From positions 1 through 64,000 of the forward strand of contig CAWJTV010000042.1 of NCBI GenBank assembly GCA_963845755.1: 64,000 bases of DNA. Direction: 5' to 3'. Source of the DNA: an uncultured Planctomycetota bacterium. GTDB taxonomy: Bacteria > Planctomycetota > Planctomycetia > Isosphaerales > Isosphaeraceae. This document shows, piece by piece, positions 42,578 through 56,007 of the stretch (the first letter of the stretch is position 1; every line of letters begins with the position of its first letter). The notes beneath the pieces were generated by a model. That model saw nothing but the letters and a program-made list of their open reading frames with translations, searched no databases and was not told the DNA's origin. The translations under genes and the position numbers were made by a program.

Positions 42578-45500
42578 TCACTTCCGTTCGACTGTCGACG
42601 CATAGAATCTCCAGCTTGGCGCGTAATCGGCCGATAGCGCCTGATCGGTCAATGAGGCGCGGATCATGTCGACCGGGATGGCGTTTTCCCGGAGGACCGC
42701 GTCGTGGAAGGCGCGTTCGGTCATCTTGCCCGATTCCACCAGCTCGCGATGGAGGGCCCTGAGCTGGAACCCGCCGAGCAAGTAGGCGGCCTGGTAGAGC
42801 GGTCCATAGCTGCCGGTGAAAGACCGGCGGACCTCCGCGGTGGCGTTGTCGCGTTCGTGGCCGACCCGGTCCACCAGGAAGTCGATGCACTCCTTCGGCG
42901 TCATCTTCTCCAGGTGGAAGCTCAGCGAGAAGATGATCCGGGCGCAGCGGTGCATGCGCCAGAATAGCATGCCGACCCGGTTCTCGGGCGATTTGGCGAA
43001 CCCGCGATCCCAGAGTAGCAGCTCCCAGTAGAGCGCCCACCCTTCGACGAAGAACGGCGTGCTGAATAGCCGGCGATAGTCCTTGTATCGCGCGCCATGT
43101 AACCCTGAAGGTGATGGCCCGGGATCAGCTCGTGATGGACCGTGGCGCGGGCGAAGTGGATATTGTTGCCGCGCATGCTCATCATCTTCGCTTCGTGGGG
43201 CATGGTGCTCGTGGGATAAGAGACGATGATCGTCTCTCCGCCCAGGAAGAAGGGGTTCACCTGCTGCGCCTCGGGCGACATCATCGTCATGCGCCAGGAC
43301 TCGCGGCAGAGGGGAGGGATCGTCACGAGGTCGTTGGCGTCGAGGTAGTTGATGGCCTCCACGGCGAGGTCGTGGATCAAGGTTGGCTGTCGGCCCGGCT
43401 CGACGTGAAGGGTCTTGACGCGCTCCAGGGCCGCGTGCCAGTCGTCGCCCAGGCCCATCTCGCGCGCGGCCTTCTTCATCTCGTCCTCGCACCAGCTCAG
43501 TTCCTTGCGCGCGAGGTCGATCAATTCCTCCGGCGTGTACGCGATCATCTCGGACTTCAGCTCGCTGAGCAGGGCGTCGCGGCCGATGGGCGTACCCACG
43601 ATCTCGCGGTTCCGATCAGGGACCGTGGCGGTGGTCTCGCCTTGCCCAGTCGACCCGGTGCGTCCGGCACCGCCCGGACCACCCCCGCCCCGCCCGTTCC
43701 GGGACCATCCCCGCCGAAACCACCTCCGCCCCCGCCGCGCCTGCGGCCCGCGCCCGGGCCGAACGCAGAACCCGAACCGTCCGCCGAGGCTCCGTAACGC
43801 TGGCGAAGCGCCCCGGCGTAGTCCTGGACCGCCTGGTCAACCGCCTTGTAAGGTTCCTGCATCCACCAGGAGAAGAGCGGGTCATACCCGTCGTAGAAGG
43901 CAAACCAGGTGCGGAGCGTGTTCCGCAATCCCTCGACCGCCGCCAGCCCGCGATTGGCGGACCGAACCTTCGCGAGGGCGCGATCTCTGCCAGGACCGGT
44001 TTGCTCGAGAGCACGCCGCGCCGTGGCGATCTCCTTGGCGAGCCGTGTGAGGTCTCCCGCGACCGTCGACCAGGCCATCGGCTTCAGCGCGCGTCGCGCC
44101 TCATCCAGGTCGAGAATCGGCCGCGCGAAGGGGACCATCGGCTCCCACTCGTTTCGCTCTCGGGTCCGGATCTCGATCTGCCGCAGCTCGTGGGCCAGGT
44201 GGTTCTTGAGCAGCAGGTAATCGACCTTGCCGTCCTGGCCGAGCCGATCGAAGTCGACCGAGCCGAGCTGGTCGAGCCACTGGGCCGTGAAGTCGTGGAT
44301 TCGTTCGTCGCGATGCGGGGAGCCCGGCGCGGCGCGGATCGCAGCAAGTTGCCGCGGTCTGCCTCGTAGCGCTCGATCGCCCCGCGGAGCTCGCTCCGAT
44401 CGCCATTGAGCTCGGCCAGGTCGAGTGATGCACTCGCATAGCGTACTCGGCTTTCCGTTTCCATTTCCGCTGGCCGCACGCGTCGTGTACTCATCGCGGC
44501 GAGGTCCGGGAAGAGGCGCCTTCGACTCGCCGCCCAGGAGGTGACGGACGAAGAAATCCCGCATCCGGCGCACGCCGTACTCGCCGCCCATGCCGTGGTT
44601 GGCGTTCGGGACGACCAGCAGCTCGAAATCCTTGTTGGCCTTGATCAGGGCGTCGACCAGCCGCATGGTGGACTCCGGCGGGACGTTCGTGTCCATCTCG
44701 CCGACGATCAGGAGCAGCTTGCCCCGGAGGTTCTTCGCGTTGTCGATGTTCGACGATTCGGAATACCAGGGTCCGACCGGGTATCCCATCCACTGCTCGT
44801 TCCACGAGGCTTTGTCCATCCGGTTGTCGTGGCAGCCGCAGGCAGAGACCGCAGCCTTGTAGAACTCGGGATGGAAGAGCATCGCAGCGGTCGAGTTCTG
44901 ACCGCCCGCCGAGGTCCCGTAAATGCCCACGCGGGTGAGGTCGTAATAGGCGTATTTCCTGGCGACGGCCTGGTGCCAGAGGATGCGGTCGGCGAAGCCG
45001 GCGTCCTTGATGTTGTGCCAGCAGACGTCGTGGAACGCCTTGGAACGATTGGCCGTGCCCATGCCGTCCATCTGCACGACGATGAAGCCCAGGTCGTTCA
45101 GCGCCGCGGACCGCCGCCCGGGGCTGAAGTCCTTCGGGACAAACGAGCCGTGCGGGCCGGCATAGATGTCCTCGATGACCGGGTATTTCCGATTTGGGTC
45201 GAAGCCCTTGGGACGGGAGATGATGCCCCAGATATCGGTCTTACCGTCGCGGCCCTTGGCCACGAAAACTTCGGGCGGAGCCCAGCCGTTGGCCTTCAGA
45301 GCGTTGATGTCCGCCTCTTCGAGGTTGCAGACCAGCTTGCCGTCCGAGGTGCGCCGCAGCTCATGGATCGGGGCCATGTCCACTCGGCTGTAGGTATCGA
45401 TAAGGTAGCGGCGGTCGGGCGAGAACTGCACGGTGCGGTGGTTGCCGTTTCCCTCCGTCAAGGCGACCAGGCCCGTCCCGTCGAAATTCACGCGGTAATG

Positions 45501-46916
45501 GTGGAGGAAATACGGATCCTGATCCGGGTTCTTTCCACCGGCGCGGAACCAGACCTGCCGCTTGGCCTCGTCGATTTGATCGACGCCTCGGACGACGTAT
45601 TCGCCCTGGGTGATCGGGTTCTTGACCGTCCCCGTCTTCGCGTCGATCAGGTAAAGGTGCCGCCAGCCGCTGCGCTCCGAGACATAAATCAGGTCGTCCG
45701 ACTGGTCAAGCCAGTTCACGGTCCTCAAACCCAGCCCTTCCCGATGAGCGGTCCAGATGAACGTTTCGGTCTTCTCATCGATGAGGTTGTGGGCCTCGCC
45801 GGTGTGCGAATCGACCCGGATCAGACGAAATCGCTGATGACCGCGGTCGTTCTTCTCATAGGTGAAATGTCGCCCATCCTTGTCCCAATGGAGGTCCGGC
45901 GAACCGAAGTCGATCCGATCAACTATGGGACGGGTCGATTTCTTCGTGGCGACGTCGATGAGGTTGAGCTCGTACGCGGTAAATCTATCGCCGGGCAGGG
46001 CGTAGGGGCGCGGCCTGAACCTGGCCCGGCCGCCGCCTGGCGGCGATGACTGAATCAGGTAGACCTCCTTGCGCTCGCCCGGCTCGATTCGAAAGGCCAC
46101 GAGAGTCTTCGAGTCGGGCGCCCAGGAGAGCCGTCCATAAGCCAGGCCCTCCTTGCCATCAGTCGTGAGCGGAACCTCCTCGGACTTCCCCTCGGCGCGG
46201 ACGACCACGTTCCGGTCCTTGACGAACGCGGTCCACTTCCCGTCCTGCGACCGAAGGCCCTGGCGGGAGCCCGGCGCATCGGGGCCCTGGCGCTCGCCCG
46301 CAGGTCGCCCGCGACGTGGTGTGGTCTCGTTATCGGCGGGACTCGACGTGTCCGGTTTGGCCTGGCCGGGTTCGGTCTTGGAGCATGTGTAGTCGTCGAG
46401 TGAGCACTTCCAGGTTGCCTTATCGCAATTGAAGCGGACTGCCGTCGAGCCATCGACGAATTCGATCTCGTCGAAGGGGAGCCGTTTGCCTTGATAGCCC
46501 GCGCCGCCCACCGCCTTGGACAGGGAGGCCGCGAGCTTCTGATGGTCGAAGGCCGGCGCACGCGTCCCGCGCTCGGCGTTGACGAGGATGAACTCCCTGT
46601 CGCCGCCGGGCAGGTCATTCCGGTACCAGAAGCGGCTATTGGCGTCGAACCAATGGGGCGTGATCCTCATCTTGAAGACGAGGCGGTCGGCGGGATTCGG
46701 GCGGGACCCGCGCTGTTGTGGCGGAGGAGCGTACCAGGGATCGCCCGGCGGAGGGTCAACTCCTTCATCATCGATCACGGATTCAACGTCCGCGCGTTCT
46801 CCCGGAGGATTCGAGGGCTCGTCACCCCAGGCACGGCCGGTCGGGCCGCTCCCGCAGAAGGCCAGTAGCGCAAAAACGACAAGCAGCAGGAGCGCACGGA
46901 GTTTCGACGTGGTCAT
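42578..46916 (-). CDS. DPP IV/S9 peptidase fused to a DUF885 domain; several frameshifts in the DUF885 part
   Basis: YAGP, GIYGTSAGG, GEMDTNV, ANHG catalytic triad motifs; then HHELIPGHHLQ, FVEGWALYWE, YQAAYLLG, FHDAVL. Confidence 0.8.
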
Positions 46917-47080
46917 GGATCAATCCCCGGAGGTTGAACATTCCGGTCGTCGGAGGATGGCTACGATCGGATTATCGTTGCCGGTCACGAGTCGAGTTTC
47001 AAGCAGGCGCAACGATTCCCGGTGGGAACCACTCGCCTGAGACGAAGCCAGGAGACCCGCGTCCGGCATCACTCTGACGA

Positions 47081-50000
47081 CTACTTCCCATCGCCTGTGG
47101 TCTCGACCGTGACCGCGGCGACGATCGGTGCCGTCCGGTCGGGGCCCTTGACCAGCTCGATGCGATCGATCGTGTCTTTCTTCTTGGGATAGACGGCGAG
47201 GTAACGGAGCTGCTGGCCGTGGAGGTCGAAGGCGAGCTTCGAGCCGGGGACGTCGACGACCCGAATGTAGTCGGCGAAGTGGACGCCGTTCTCCAGGGGA
47301 TGATTCTCGACGGAGCCGTCGGCGTAGTGGAGCCGGACGATCATCGAGACCGAGCCTTTGCGACCGCCAGGGAAGCCCCAACCGCTCACGCCGCTGAGCA
47401 GATGGATGGCCCGCGCCGGGGCGTGGCAGGGGAGCTCCACGACCCTGGGCATCCGGGGTGCCACGGGGCCCTGGGGTCCGTAGAGCAGGACCATGTTCGG
47501 CACCCGGTTGCCCTGGGGATCGACGAGCAGGAAGGGCACGCCTTCGACAATCTTGGGCGACCAATCGTCGAAGACGAGGCGCTCGATCGCGGCGTCGGAC
47601 TTGCTGAACATCCCCTGGGTACTGACCTTGGTGGCGACCTTGTGCAAGTCGAGGGGCAGGTACTTGCCGCGCTGGGTCAGGAACGCCAGGAGGTCATTCA
47701 ACTGGCCGGGTGTGACCTGCTTCTCAAAGCCCTCGGGCATGAGCGACTTCTTCGAGGCGGCCATCTCATCGATGTCCTGGCGGAGGATCGTCTGTCGCTT
47801 CCCTTCCGAGTCGAGCAGCTCGACGGTGGTCTTGGTCTCCGAGGCCAAAACGCCGTTGATCACGCGGCCCGCGGTGGTCGCGACCGTGTACTGAACATAG
47901 TTGCCTTCGACCGAGCGGCTCGGGTCGAGGATGTGGATCAAGAGCTCCTCGCGTGGCAGCGCGGCCGTGCCCGTGAGGTCCGGCCCGACTTGCGCTCCTT
48001 CGTTGCCATGGCGGTGGCACTTGGCACACTGTTGCTGGAAGACGACCTTGCCGCGCGCGACATCTCCCCCTTCGCTCACCTGCGAGGTGATCTGGTCGAT
48101 GACCTTCTGGCGGTCGGGATCGGGAAGTCCGCCGCCTTGTGCCAGCAGGCGCTTGGCACGCGCCGCGACGTCGCGAATCGGATGCGCGGCGAGGGCCTGC
48201 TTCTGGTCGAGCGCCAGCTCGGAGATCCCGGCCTTGTTCTGCTCGAACGCCTCCACTAGGGCGGGAGTCCAGTCGGAGCGGCCCAGCAGGGCCCTGAGCA
48301 CCTGGGCACGGACGCTCGGCGCCAGCCTCGGCAAGACGGCGACCAGATTCTTGCCGGCTTGCGGCGCCTGGCTGGCCGTGACGGCCTCGATCAGGCCGGC
48401 GGCCAGGTCGGGCGAGGTCCGGGGGTCGATCAGTCCCAGCAAATCTTTCACCGCTGCTTCCTCGGACGTCTTGAGCTCGATGAGCTGCCGTGCGGCGGCG
48501 ATCCGGCGTGCGTCGGCGAGGGACTCGTCGCGGGCCGTCGCCGCGAGTGACGCGGCAATCTCGGCGGCGATGCCGTCCAGGGCCTTGTTGCCCCACTCGC
48601 CCACCAGCCGGACCAACTGAGTCCGAGCCGGGGAGGGCAGCTCTTTCGCCAGTTCCCTCAGCACGACCTCGGAAGCCGGGTCGATCCGCGCCGGACGATC
48701 CTTGGGCCAGCCTCGGGCCATTCCTCGAAGTACCGCTTCATCCACGGCCGGCTCGCCGCCCTTCAGTGCCGCCAGGACCGGGCCGACCCCATCGATCGGA
48801 CCGCCGCGGGCCCAGTGCTCGGCCACACGCTCGGCAATCGCCAGCACCTCCGCGCCGGCGCGACCGGCACCTCCACGTTGCGCGATTGCCTTCAAGAAGG
48901 CCCGGTCGTTCCGGGCCGCGGCGGCCGTGGCCGCGTCGAAGATCCAGTGATCGTTGCGGGCCAGACCTTTTCGCAAGGAAGTCGCCAGCGCGGTGGCGAC
49001 TGCGTCCGACGGCGGTTGATCCGCCAGGGCCAGGAGCGCCGCCAGGCGGACCTGCCCGTCGGGGTCGGACAGCAGACCCTTGTCCAGCACGGCAGTTGCC
49101 GATAACACATCGTGCGGCAGGACTTGCACGGCATTGCGCCGCACTCCCGCCGAGGGATGTGCCAGCGCGGCCATCGCCGCTGATCTCGACGCCGGGTTCG
49201 AGCCGTCAAGGGCGCCCAGGCCATGCAAGGTCCAGAGCGCGTGGATGACTCCGGCGTTCAGGCCGATCGCATCAACCGAGCGATCCGCCACTCGTTCGAC
49301 CAACGCCGGGACAACGTCGGTCTTCGCACGCTCTACCAGGAGTCGCTGAGCGTGCATCCGCCAGAACTGAGTGTCATTCCCGAGCGCGGCGACCAGCCCT
49401 TTCGGGTCGTTGGGATCGAGTGCGGGATTCGGGGAGACCTGAGCGTCCTTGTAGACGATCCGGTAGATCCGCCCATGGGTCTTGTCGCGGAGCGGTGTCT
49501 CATACGCGGCACCGCGGCCGGTCCGGAAGCCCTTGGGCGTGGGGTTGTGCTGGACGATGTAGTTGTACCAGTCGATGACCCAGACGTGCCCGTCCGGGCC
49601 GACCTCGGCCGCGATGGGCGATGTCCATTCGTCGTCGCTGGCCACCAGGTTCCACCCGTAATAGGCGGCCACGTCGCTCCCCGTTCGGTGGAGCGTGAAG
49701 GCGGCGACGAGGTGGCCGGTCGGCTCGGCGACGAACGCCGTCTGATTCCAGTATCGTGAGGGATAGGCCCGCGCCGTATAGAGGGCGTGCCCGGCGCCGG
49801 CCGTGAACCCACCGTGCCAGTCCACCTGCCGCACGCGCTCCGTCAGCGGGAAAAAATCATGGTTCGGGGCGATGTTCTCCAGCTCTTGAGGTGCAAGGCC
49901 GCGAACGGCTTCGTAGTAGCGGTTGGGAAAGGGCAGGTAGACGGTCGGGCATCCGTTGGCCGTCGAGCCGAACGCGAGCCCATCCTCGCTGAAGCCGACG

Positions 50001-51441
50001 CCCCACGAGTTGTTGCCGGTGCCGCGGAGCACCTCGAGCTTCGAGCCATCGGGCCTGAAGCGGTAGAAGGCTTGCCCGAATCGGTGTCGCTCGCCGCTTA
50101 CCGTCCCACGGAAGCCGGAGTAGCCGACGATCCCCCAGACCCAGTTGTCGAGTCCCCATCGCAGGTTGCTCGGACCGGCGTGCGTGTCGCTGATGCCCCA
50201 GCCGGTAAACAGGACCTTGCGCACGTCGGCCTTGCCGTCACCGTCGGAATCCTTCAAGAACAGCGTGTCGGGCGCCTGGAGGACGATGACGCCACCGTTC
50301 GCACACAGCAGGCTGGTGGGGATGTTGAGACCCTCGGCGAAGATGGAGAACTTGTCCGCCTTGCCATCGCCGTCGGTGTCCTCGCAGATCGTGATCCGGT
50401 CGCGGCCGGGTGTGGCGGGGTGCTTGGTATTGGGATAGTCCACCGTCTCGGCGATCCAGAGCCGTCCGCGATGGTCCCAGGTCATGCAGATCGGCTTGTA
50501 GATCTGGGGCTCCGCCGCGAACAACCGGGGCTCGAAACCGCGCGGGACGACCAGGTGCCGCATCGATTCCTCGGGCGAGAGGGGGTGCTGCATCCGTCGG
50601 ATCGGATCGCCTTGCGTGCCCCATTGCCGGCCCGGTAGGTAGTTGGGGATGTCGACGGTCGACGTATCGTAGGTGAACGGTGGCAGGCCGGCCGACACCC
50701 GCCCGCGGCTGTCGAACACCGCCCCCTTGTTGACGGCCCAGCGGATGCCCCGCTCGAGCAGGTCGTGGAAGCCGGGATTCTGCCAGGTCCGTCCGTCATG
50801 GCCGTAGGCCGTGTAGAAGATCCGCCCCTTGCCTTGCGTACGGACCCACGTCCAGGGCTCCTCTTCTTGCCCCTCCGCTCGGACCTGAAGCACGTGCCGG
50901 TCCTTCTCGTTGTGCTTGGTGTGGACGTAGGTCTCGTCCCAGGTGCGGAACGGCTCGAAGCCCTTCATGATCGGGTGCGCCGGATCGACGACCTTCGTGT
51001 CAAAAGTTCCCGTGCCATGACGGAGGAATTCGCGCCGACGAGCGCGATGTAATTCGGTGAGTTGAGGAAGCAATAGCTGGCGCAGTGGAGCGGCACGAAT
51101 GCGCCGCCCCCCTCCACGTAGTCGAGCAGCGCCTTTTCCTGGGCCGCACCGATCCGGGTGGTGTTGGCATAGATGATCAAGGCGTCGTGGCGGGCCAGCG
51201 TCTCGGGATTGAGGTCGTTCAACTTCTCGGTGTAAGTGACGCGGATACGGCGACCGGCGAGCACCGGCGTGATCTGAGCGGCGCGATCGGCCGGACGGTG
51301 GTGACCTTGATCCCCCAGGAACAAGACGCTCAGCGGCCGGTCCGATTCGTCGCCCGCCTTTGACGGGGGGTCGTCGGCACTAAGGGCGGCCGTGGCGATC
51401 GTCAGGCTGAGGCTGAGAGAGAGGATGAACATTCGAGCCAT
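47081..51441 (-). CDS. PVC-type haem-binding CxxCH dehydrogenase-like protein with N-terminal ThuA-like domain; frameshift near 51040
   Basis: Signal peptide, ThuA-like motifs (GRIFYTAYGHD), DTDGDGKAD, DTHAG, IDWYN, GRIYRI, HEAT repeats, CAKCH..VGPDL, SLMPEG. Confidence 0.9.
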
Positions 51442-51489
51442 GGGTGCGGGTCTCAGCTATAGAGGGTCTAACGCGGCTCCGTCACAACG

Positions 51490-51550
51490 AGATTCCCGAT
51501 TCCGGATTCCCGATTCCAGATTCCACAGATATCCCCATTTTGGAATCTGC
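51490..51550. repeat. Heptamer repeat (GATTCC[CGA], about 5 units)
   Basis: gattcccgattccggattcccgattccagattcc. Confidence 0.75.
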
Positions 51551-51611
51551 CGGTCGGGATGCCAGGGATGCGCGTGGGGTGGAGGGTTCGCAGGACGGCG
51601 TCGGAGCGTCG

Positions 51612-53311
51612 TCACGGCGTCGGTTTCGTGGGATGGTCACGATCCTGTCGCTCCGTTCCAGCCATTTTGGGCGAACCAGACTGGGCCGTCCAGACCGTGA
51701 CGCTGAACTCGCGGATCGTGAGGGTCTTACGCTCGTCGCTCTGGGTGTTGGCCCCGAAGAGCCCGAGGTACAGGTCGTTCTCCGTGTCGAGGAAGCTGGG
51801 ATGCGCGATGGCGAGCGTGCTGGAGCTGTTCTGGGACAGGTTGTCTACGACCAGCGAATACTGCCCGCCTAGGCGCCGCAAGATGAGCCGGAGATCGTCG
51901 CCGGTGGTCATCAGGCCGACTTGGTAGAGGTCGGAGTCGCGCCCGCCGCAGTTGTTGACCAGGTACAGCCGGTAGTTATCCAGCTTGGGCCAACTGATCA
52001 ATCCTCCGCGGATGTTCCGATCGCTGTACGTTCCTGCGTAGAGGCCGAATTGACCGACGACCTGGAGTCCCGGGATGTTCGAGATCGTGACGCGGATCTC
52101 GAAGTCCTCGGTCCCCGTAAAGCCGAGGTCGGAGAGGCGGACTCCCAGGTATTCGCCGAACGCCATCTGGTCCTGAGTGTTGATGTCGCTGCGGGTGGTC
52201 GTCAGTTCCAGGGCGAGGCGGTCGGGGCAGAGGAGGAGATTGGGATCGGATTCGGGCAGATCATGGCCCGTACCGGGGAGCCGGTGGGTCAGGCCGATCC
52301 CTCGTCCCTGGGCGTCGCGGAGCGTGCCCGGGAGGGGGTTGACGAAGTCGAGGCTGACCGTCCGGGGGATGCGGACCGGCAACGGCTCGATCGCCCGGAC
52401 GTAACTGGACGCGCCTTCGCCCCGATCGGGAAGCGTCGGATCGACGGCGGAGCCATCAAGGCGGGCCGCCTGATTCTGGTGGATGGTCACGCCCGGATCC
52501 GTCCCGCGCGCAGACCCCGCGGCGAGCGGGAATGCCTGGACCTCGCCGGTGAAGACGCGGACCGTGGCCGCACCCGCCTCGTCAACCGCCAGGCCGAACT
52601 CGGTCCCCAGGTTGACCACTTTGTTGTGTGGAGTGAGGACGGTGAACCCACGAGCACGCACCGGCACCCGCGCCGTCAGGGTGCCTCTCAGGAGCGCGCC
52701 GAACCCCCGGAGAGGAGCTCAAGGCCGGCTGGTCCCTGGAGGATGACGCGTGCGCCGCAATCAAATTCGATCTCTGCCAGACCTCGCTCCAGTCGGAGCG
52801 ACTTGCCCGCTTGCATGTTCCGGCCCGGCTGCTGGTCGGGCCGCGCCAGGTGCAATTCTGGGCATTGACCAGCCAGGCGACGTTCGCGGTCGCTGCCCTT
52901 GCCGGGATCCCCGGGCCGTGATGAGGAACCATGAAGGCCATCCAGCAGCAAACCCCGACTGCGATCATGAGTGTCGCGGCGAACACCCAGTGACGGAGCC
53001 GAGGGCGCCAGTGCCGCTGGGAACCCCTGCCTTTTCTCCTCGCTCCATTGATCCCGCCTCCGGCGCGGGGCTTGTCCGGCCAGTCCGCGAGTTGCTCCAT
53101 GACCGCATCGGCGGCCCGACGCGCCCGGACGGCGAAATGGATCTCCGTGTGGTGCTGGAAATAATCGGCGAAGATGCGTCGAGCCTCGACACTGTCGAGC
53201 AGATAGATTTCGAGTCGAACGCATCTCCGAGCTGTCGATGAGATCGGAGCAGTACGCATCGAGCAGGTCGTAGAACTCGGCGGGCAGCTCGTGGGGGCCG
53301 GGGCCGTTCAT
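51612..53311 (-). CDS. FecR-domain anti-sigma factor; several frameshifts
   Basis: [10 protein letters not shown]-terminus, TM helix, [48 protein letters not shown] overlaps sigma stop. Confidence 0.85.
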
Positions 53312-53871
53312 ACCACCCCCTCGTGCGCCATCGTACGGCGCACGCATTCGAACAGCGAGCGGCGGATTCGTCTGAGCGAATTGTGGACGCTCTGCGCCGA
53401 TCGGCCGCTCGCGAGGGCTACGTCTCGAATCCCGGCCGAGCGGGCGTAGCAGGCTTCCAGCAGGTCCTTGTCCCGCTCCCTCAACTTCTTCATGCAATCA
53501 GCCAGCGCATCGCGCCGTTCCTCGAGGTGTTCCTGCTCCAGCGTCTCCTGCGCCTCGATCAGCGCCAGGTTGAGCTCGTCGCTGAAGTAGAGGCGATTGC
53601 GGCTTCGCGCCCTGAGGAAATTCAGGACCTCATACCGTGCCACCCCACACGCCCAGCAAACGAAACTCCGCGACGCATCAAACTGATCGAACTTGTCCCA
53701 GAGCACCAGGCTCGTCTGCTGGAACAAGTCATCTGCGTCATCGAGGTCGCGCACCAGCGAGTGGATGTAACCGAAGAGCTGGCCCTGATGCCTGCCGAGT
53801 TGTGCCGCGAACTCGGCCTTCCGGTCGCCCGGCCGTGTCGAAATCCGGCTCACCACATCCACGGGTAACAT
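53308..53871 (-). CDS. ECF sigma-70 factor (Rhodopirellula/Verrucomicrobium type)
   Basis: DADDLFQQTSLVLW..FVCWACGVARYEV, LRRIRRSLFECV; start uncertain. Confidence 0.92.
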   Translation of the reverse strand: MLPVDVVSRISTRPGDRKAEFAAQLGRHQGQLFGYIHSLVRDLDDADDLFQQTSLVLWDKFDQFDASRSFVCWACGVARYEVLNFLRARSRNRLYFSDELNLALIEAQETLEQEHLEERRDALADCMKKLRERDKDLLEACYARSAGIRDVALASGRSAQSVHNSLRRIRRSLFECVRRTMAHEGVV

Positions 53872-54309
53872 CCCGGGGATTGCCGACCGCTCATACACCG
53901 GAGGATCCTCCCAGGAATTCGCGTCACTCGACGCTCCAGCCTCACCTAATATATTCCGCCGGACTGCTGCTTTTGTAACCCGCGAGGACGGGAAAGTCAT
54001 CTCATGAGCCCGACTCCAGACCGGCGGATCGCGACCGAACTCCTATTCCCAGCGAAGCCTTCGGCGAATCCGGCAGCCAGGCCTCCGGCAGACTGACCTC
54101 ACAAAGTGATTCCATCGGAAATTTTCCCCGTTACAACTCCAGGCCCTCGGCGGATTCTACTCAGAGGGGGAGTTCTGGTCCTCTCCACAAGGATCAAACC
54201 CTTCGTTCGCTCTGGCTGGCATACTCTTAAATTCTTCGTACCAACTCGCGGTAACGGCACGTGACCAAGGTCGGTCGCGTCCGTAGTGGTTCTGCCCGGA
54301 GGAAACATC

Positions 54310-55389
54310 ATGGTCTCGCGAATCCGACGGGGTTTCACGCTGATCGAATTGCTGGTGGTGATCGCCATCATAGCAGTACTGATCGCGTTGTTGCTCCCGG
54401 CCGTGCAGGCGGCACGGGAGGCGGCGCAGCGCGCCCAGTGCACCAATAACCTCAAGCAGATCGGCCTGGCGCTGCACAACTACCACAGCACCAACAATGC
54501 CTTACCCTGGGGCGACGGCCCATGGTGGATCGAGTGGTCGGCCCATACGCTGTTGCTCCCTTACATGGAGCAGGGCCCGATCTACAACGCCCTCAACTTC
54601 GTGGACACCGAGGCCATCGGCCTGACCCCCATGCCGAATGATAACCCGGCCAACACCACGGCGGAGTATCGCGCGATCTCCGGGTTCCTCTGCCCCTCGG
54701 ATCCGGATCGACTGACCAGCCCGGACGGACACAACAATTACATGGCCAATTCGGGCTCGGCGCCCAACTGTGCCTACGGCGGCAACGCGAATGCGCCATC
54801 CTGGAACGAGGCGGCCTCCGGGCCGTTCATCTACTCGTCCAGCGGCATCGACACCGGGCCGCCCGGATTCGGCGGTTCCTCGGTCAGCATCGCCAGCATC
54901 ACCGATGGTACGAGCAACACGGCCGCGTTCAGCGAACGGGTCAAGGCCATCGGCAACAACCTCACAGCCACCTCCGCGCCGTTCGATGGCGGTATCCCGA
55001 CCGCGTCGCTCGCCACACCCGCCGCGGTCGCCAACAACCTGGAATCGACGCCCCAGGCGTATTATCAGGTTTGCAGGGTGACACCACCCGTGCCGGTCAA
55101 CGGCAATCAGGACGCGGCGAACTTCAGTGATGATAACATCTCCGGCTCGACCTGGGTGACGGGACAGCCGGCCAACACGCGTTACGCTCACGTCATGACT
55201 CCCAACACATGGAGCTGCCGATCGGGACTCCAGATCGCGCACAACGCCAACAGCCATCATCCGGGGGGGGTGAACGTCTTGTTCTGCGACGGTTCGGTCA
55301 AGTTCCTCAAGACGTCCGTCAGTAACGTCACGTGGTGGGCCCTGGGGAGCCGGGCGGGCGGCGAAGTGATTTCATCCGATGCGTATTGA
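54310..55389 (+). CDS. DUF1559 prepilin-type N-terminal cleavage protein with H-X9-DG motif
   Basis: [72 protein letters not shown]. Confidence 0.97.
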   Translation: MVSRIRRGFTLIELLVVIAIIAVLIALLLPAVQAAREAAQRAQCTNNLKQIGLALHNYHSTNNALPWGDGPWWIEWSAHTLLLPYMEQGPIYNALNFVDTEAIGLTPMPNDNPANTTAEYRAISGFLCPSDPDRLTSPDGHNNYMANSGSAPNCAYGGNANAPSWNEAASGPFIYSSSGIDTGPPGFGGSSVSIASITDGTSNTAAFSERVKAIGNNLTATSAPFDGGIPTASLATPAAVANNLESTPQAYYQVCRVTPPVPVNGNQDAANFSDDNISGSTWVTGQPANTRYAHVMTPNTWSCRSGLQIAHNANSHHPGGVNVLFCDGSVKFLKTSVSNVTWWALGSRAGGEVISSDAY

Positions 55390-55500
55390 CATCGATCGGC
55401 CGGGACGGTTCCTCGCCCCGTCCAGTCATCCGGAAACCGCTCCCGGCCGCCGACATCGCTGACCGATCCAACGACCATGGTACGAGGGATTCTTCCAGAA

Positions 55501-55965
55501 ATGAGCTCTCTTGATCGGATCGACCCCAGGGTCGTCACGCGGCAGAACACGTCCTTGATGGCGGTCGCCTTCCTGGGCTGCGCGATGGTCGCCGGTTGCG
55601 GGGACGACAAGCCCTACCATGATACGTCCTTGACCGAGGCGACCGTCAGCGGGACCGTCACGGCCAAGGGAGAACCGGTCACGGCGGGGACCATCAGTTT
55701 CAACGGCGCCAACTCCGGACGGCTCGTAGCTGCGAAGACGGCGGAGATCGGCCCGGACGGACGATATACCCTCAAGGCGTACACCGGGGATAATCAGGTC
55801 ACTTACGGCGGTGATGTGGCCAAGAAACACATGGGTGTCGGACTTCGGAAGGACTTCGCCACGGTCCAGTCCGGAGAGAACACATTCGATTTTGACGTCC
55901 TGGGAGAAGGCGGCAAGAATATCACGATTGATGTTACGAAGAAGTCGAAGCGCCAGAGGCGCTGA
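55501..55965 (+). CDS. Lipoprotein with carboxypeptidase-regulatory-like fold (usual DUF1559 partner)
   Basis: Lipobox VAGC; VSGTVTAKGEPVTAGTISF, IGPDGRYTL. Confidence 0.8.
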   Translation: MSSLDRIDPRVVTRQNTSLMAVAFLGCAMVAGCGDDKPYHDTSLTEATVSGTVTAKGEPVTAGTISFNGANSGRLVAAKTAEIGPDGRYTLKAYTGDNQVTYGGDVAKKHMGVGLRKDFATVQSGENTFDFDVLGEGGKNITIDVTKKSKRQRR

Positions 55966-56007
55966 GGTCTCGCGACCGGGCAATTTCAAGAGGGACGTGT
56001 TGCCATC

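Noticed and set aside
44541..46049. 502-aa plus-strand ORF
   Set aside because: Antisense shadow of the S9 peptidase
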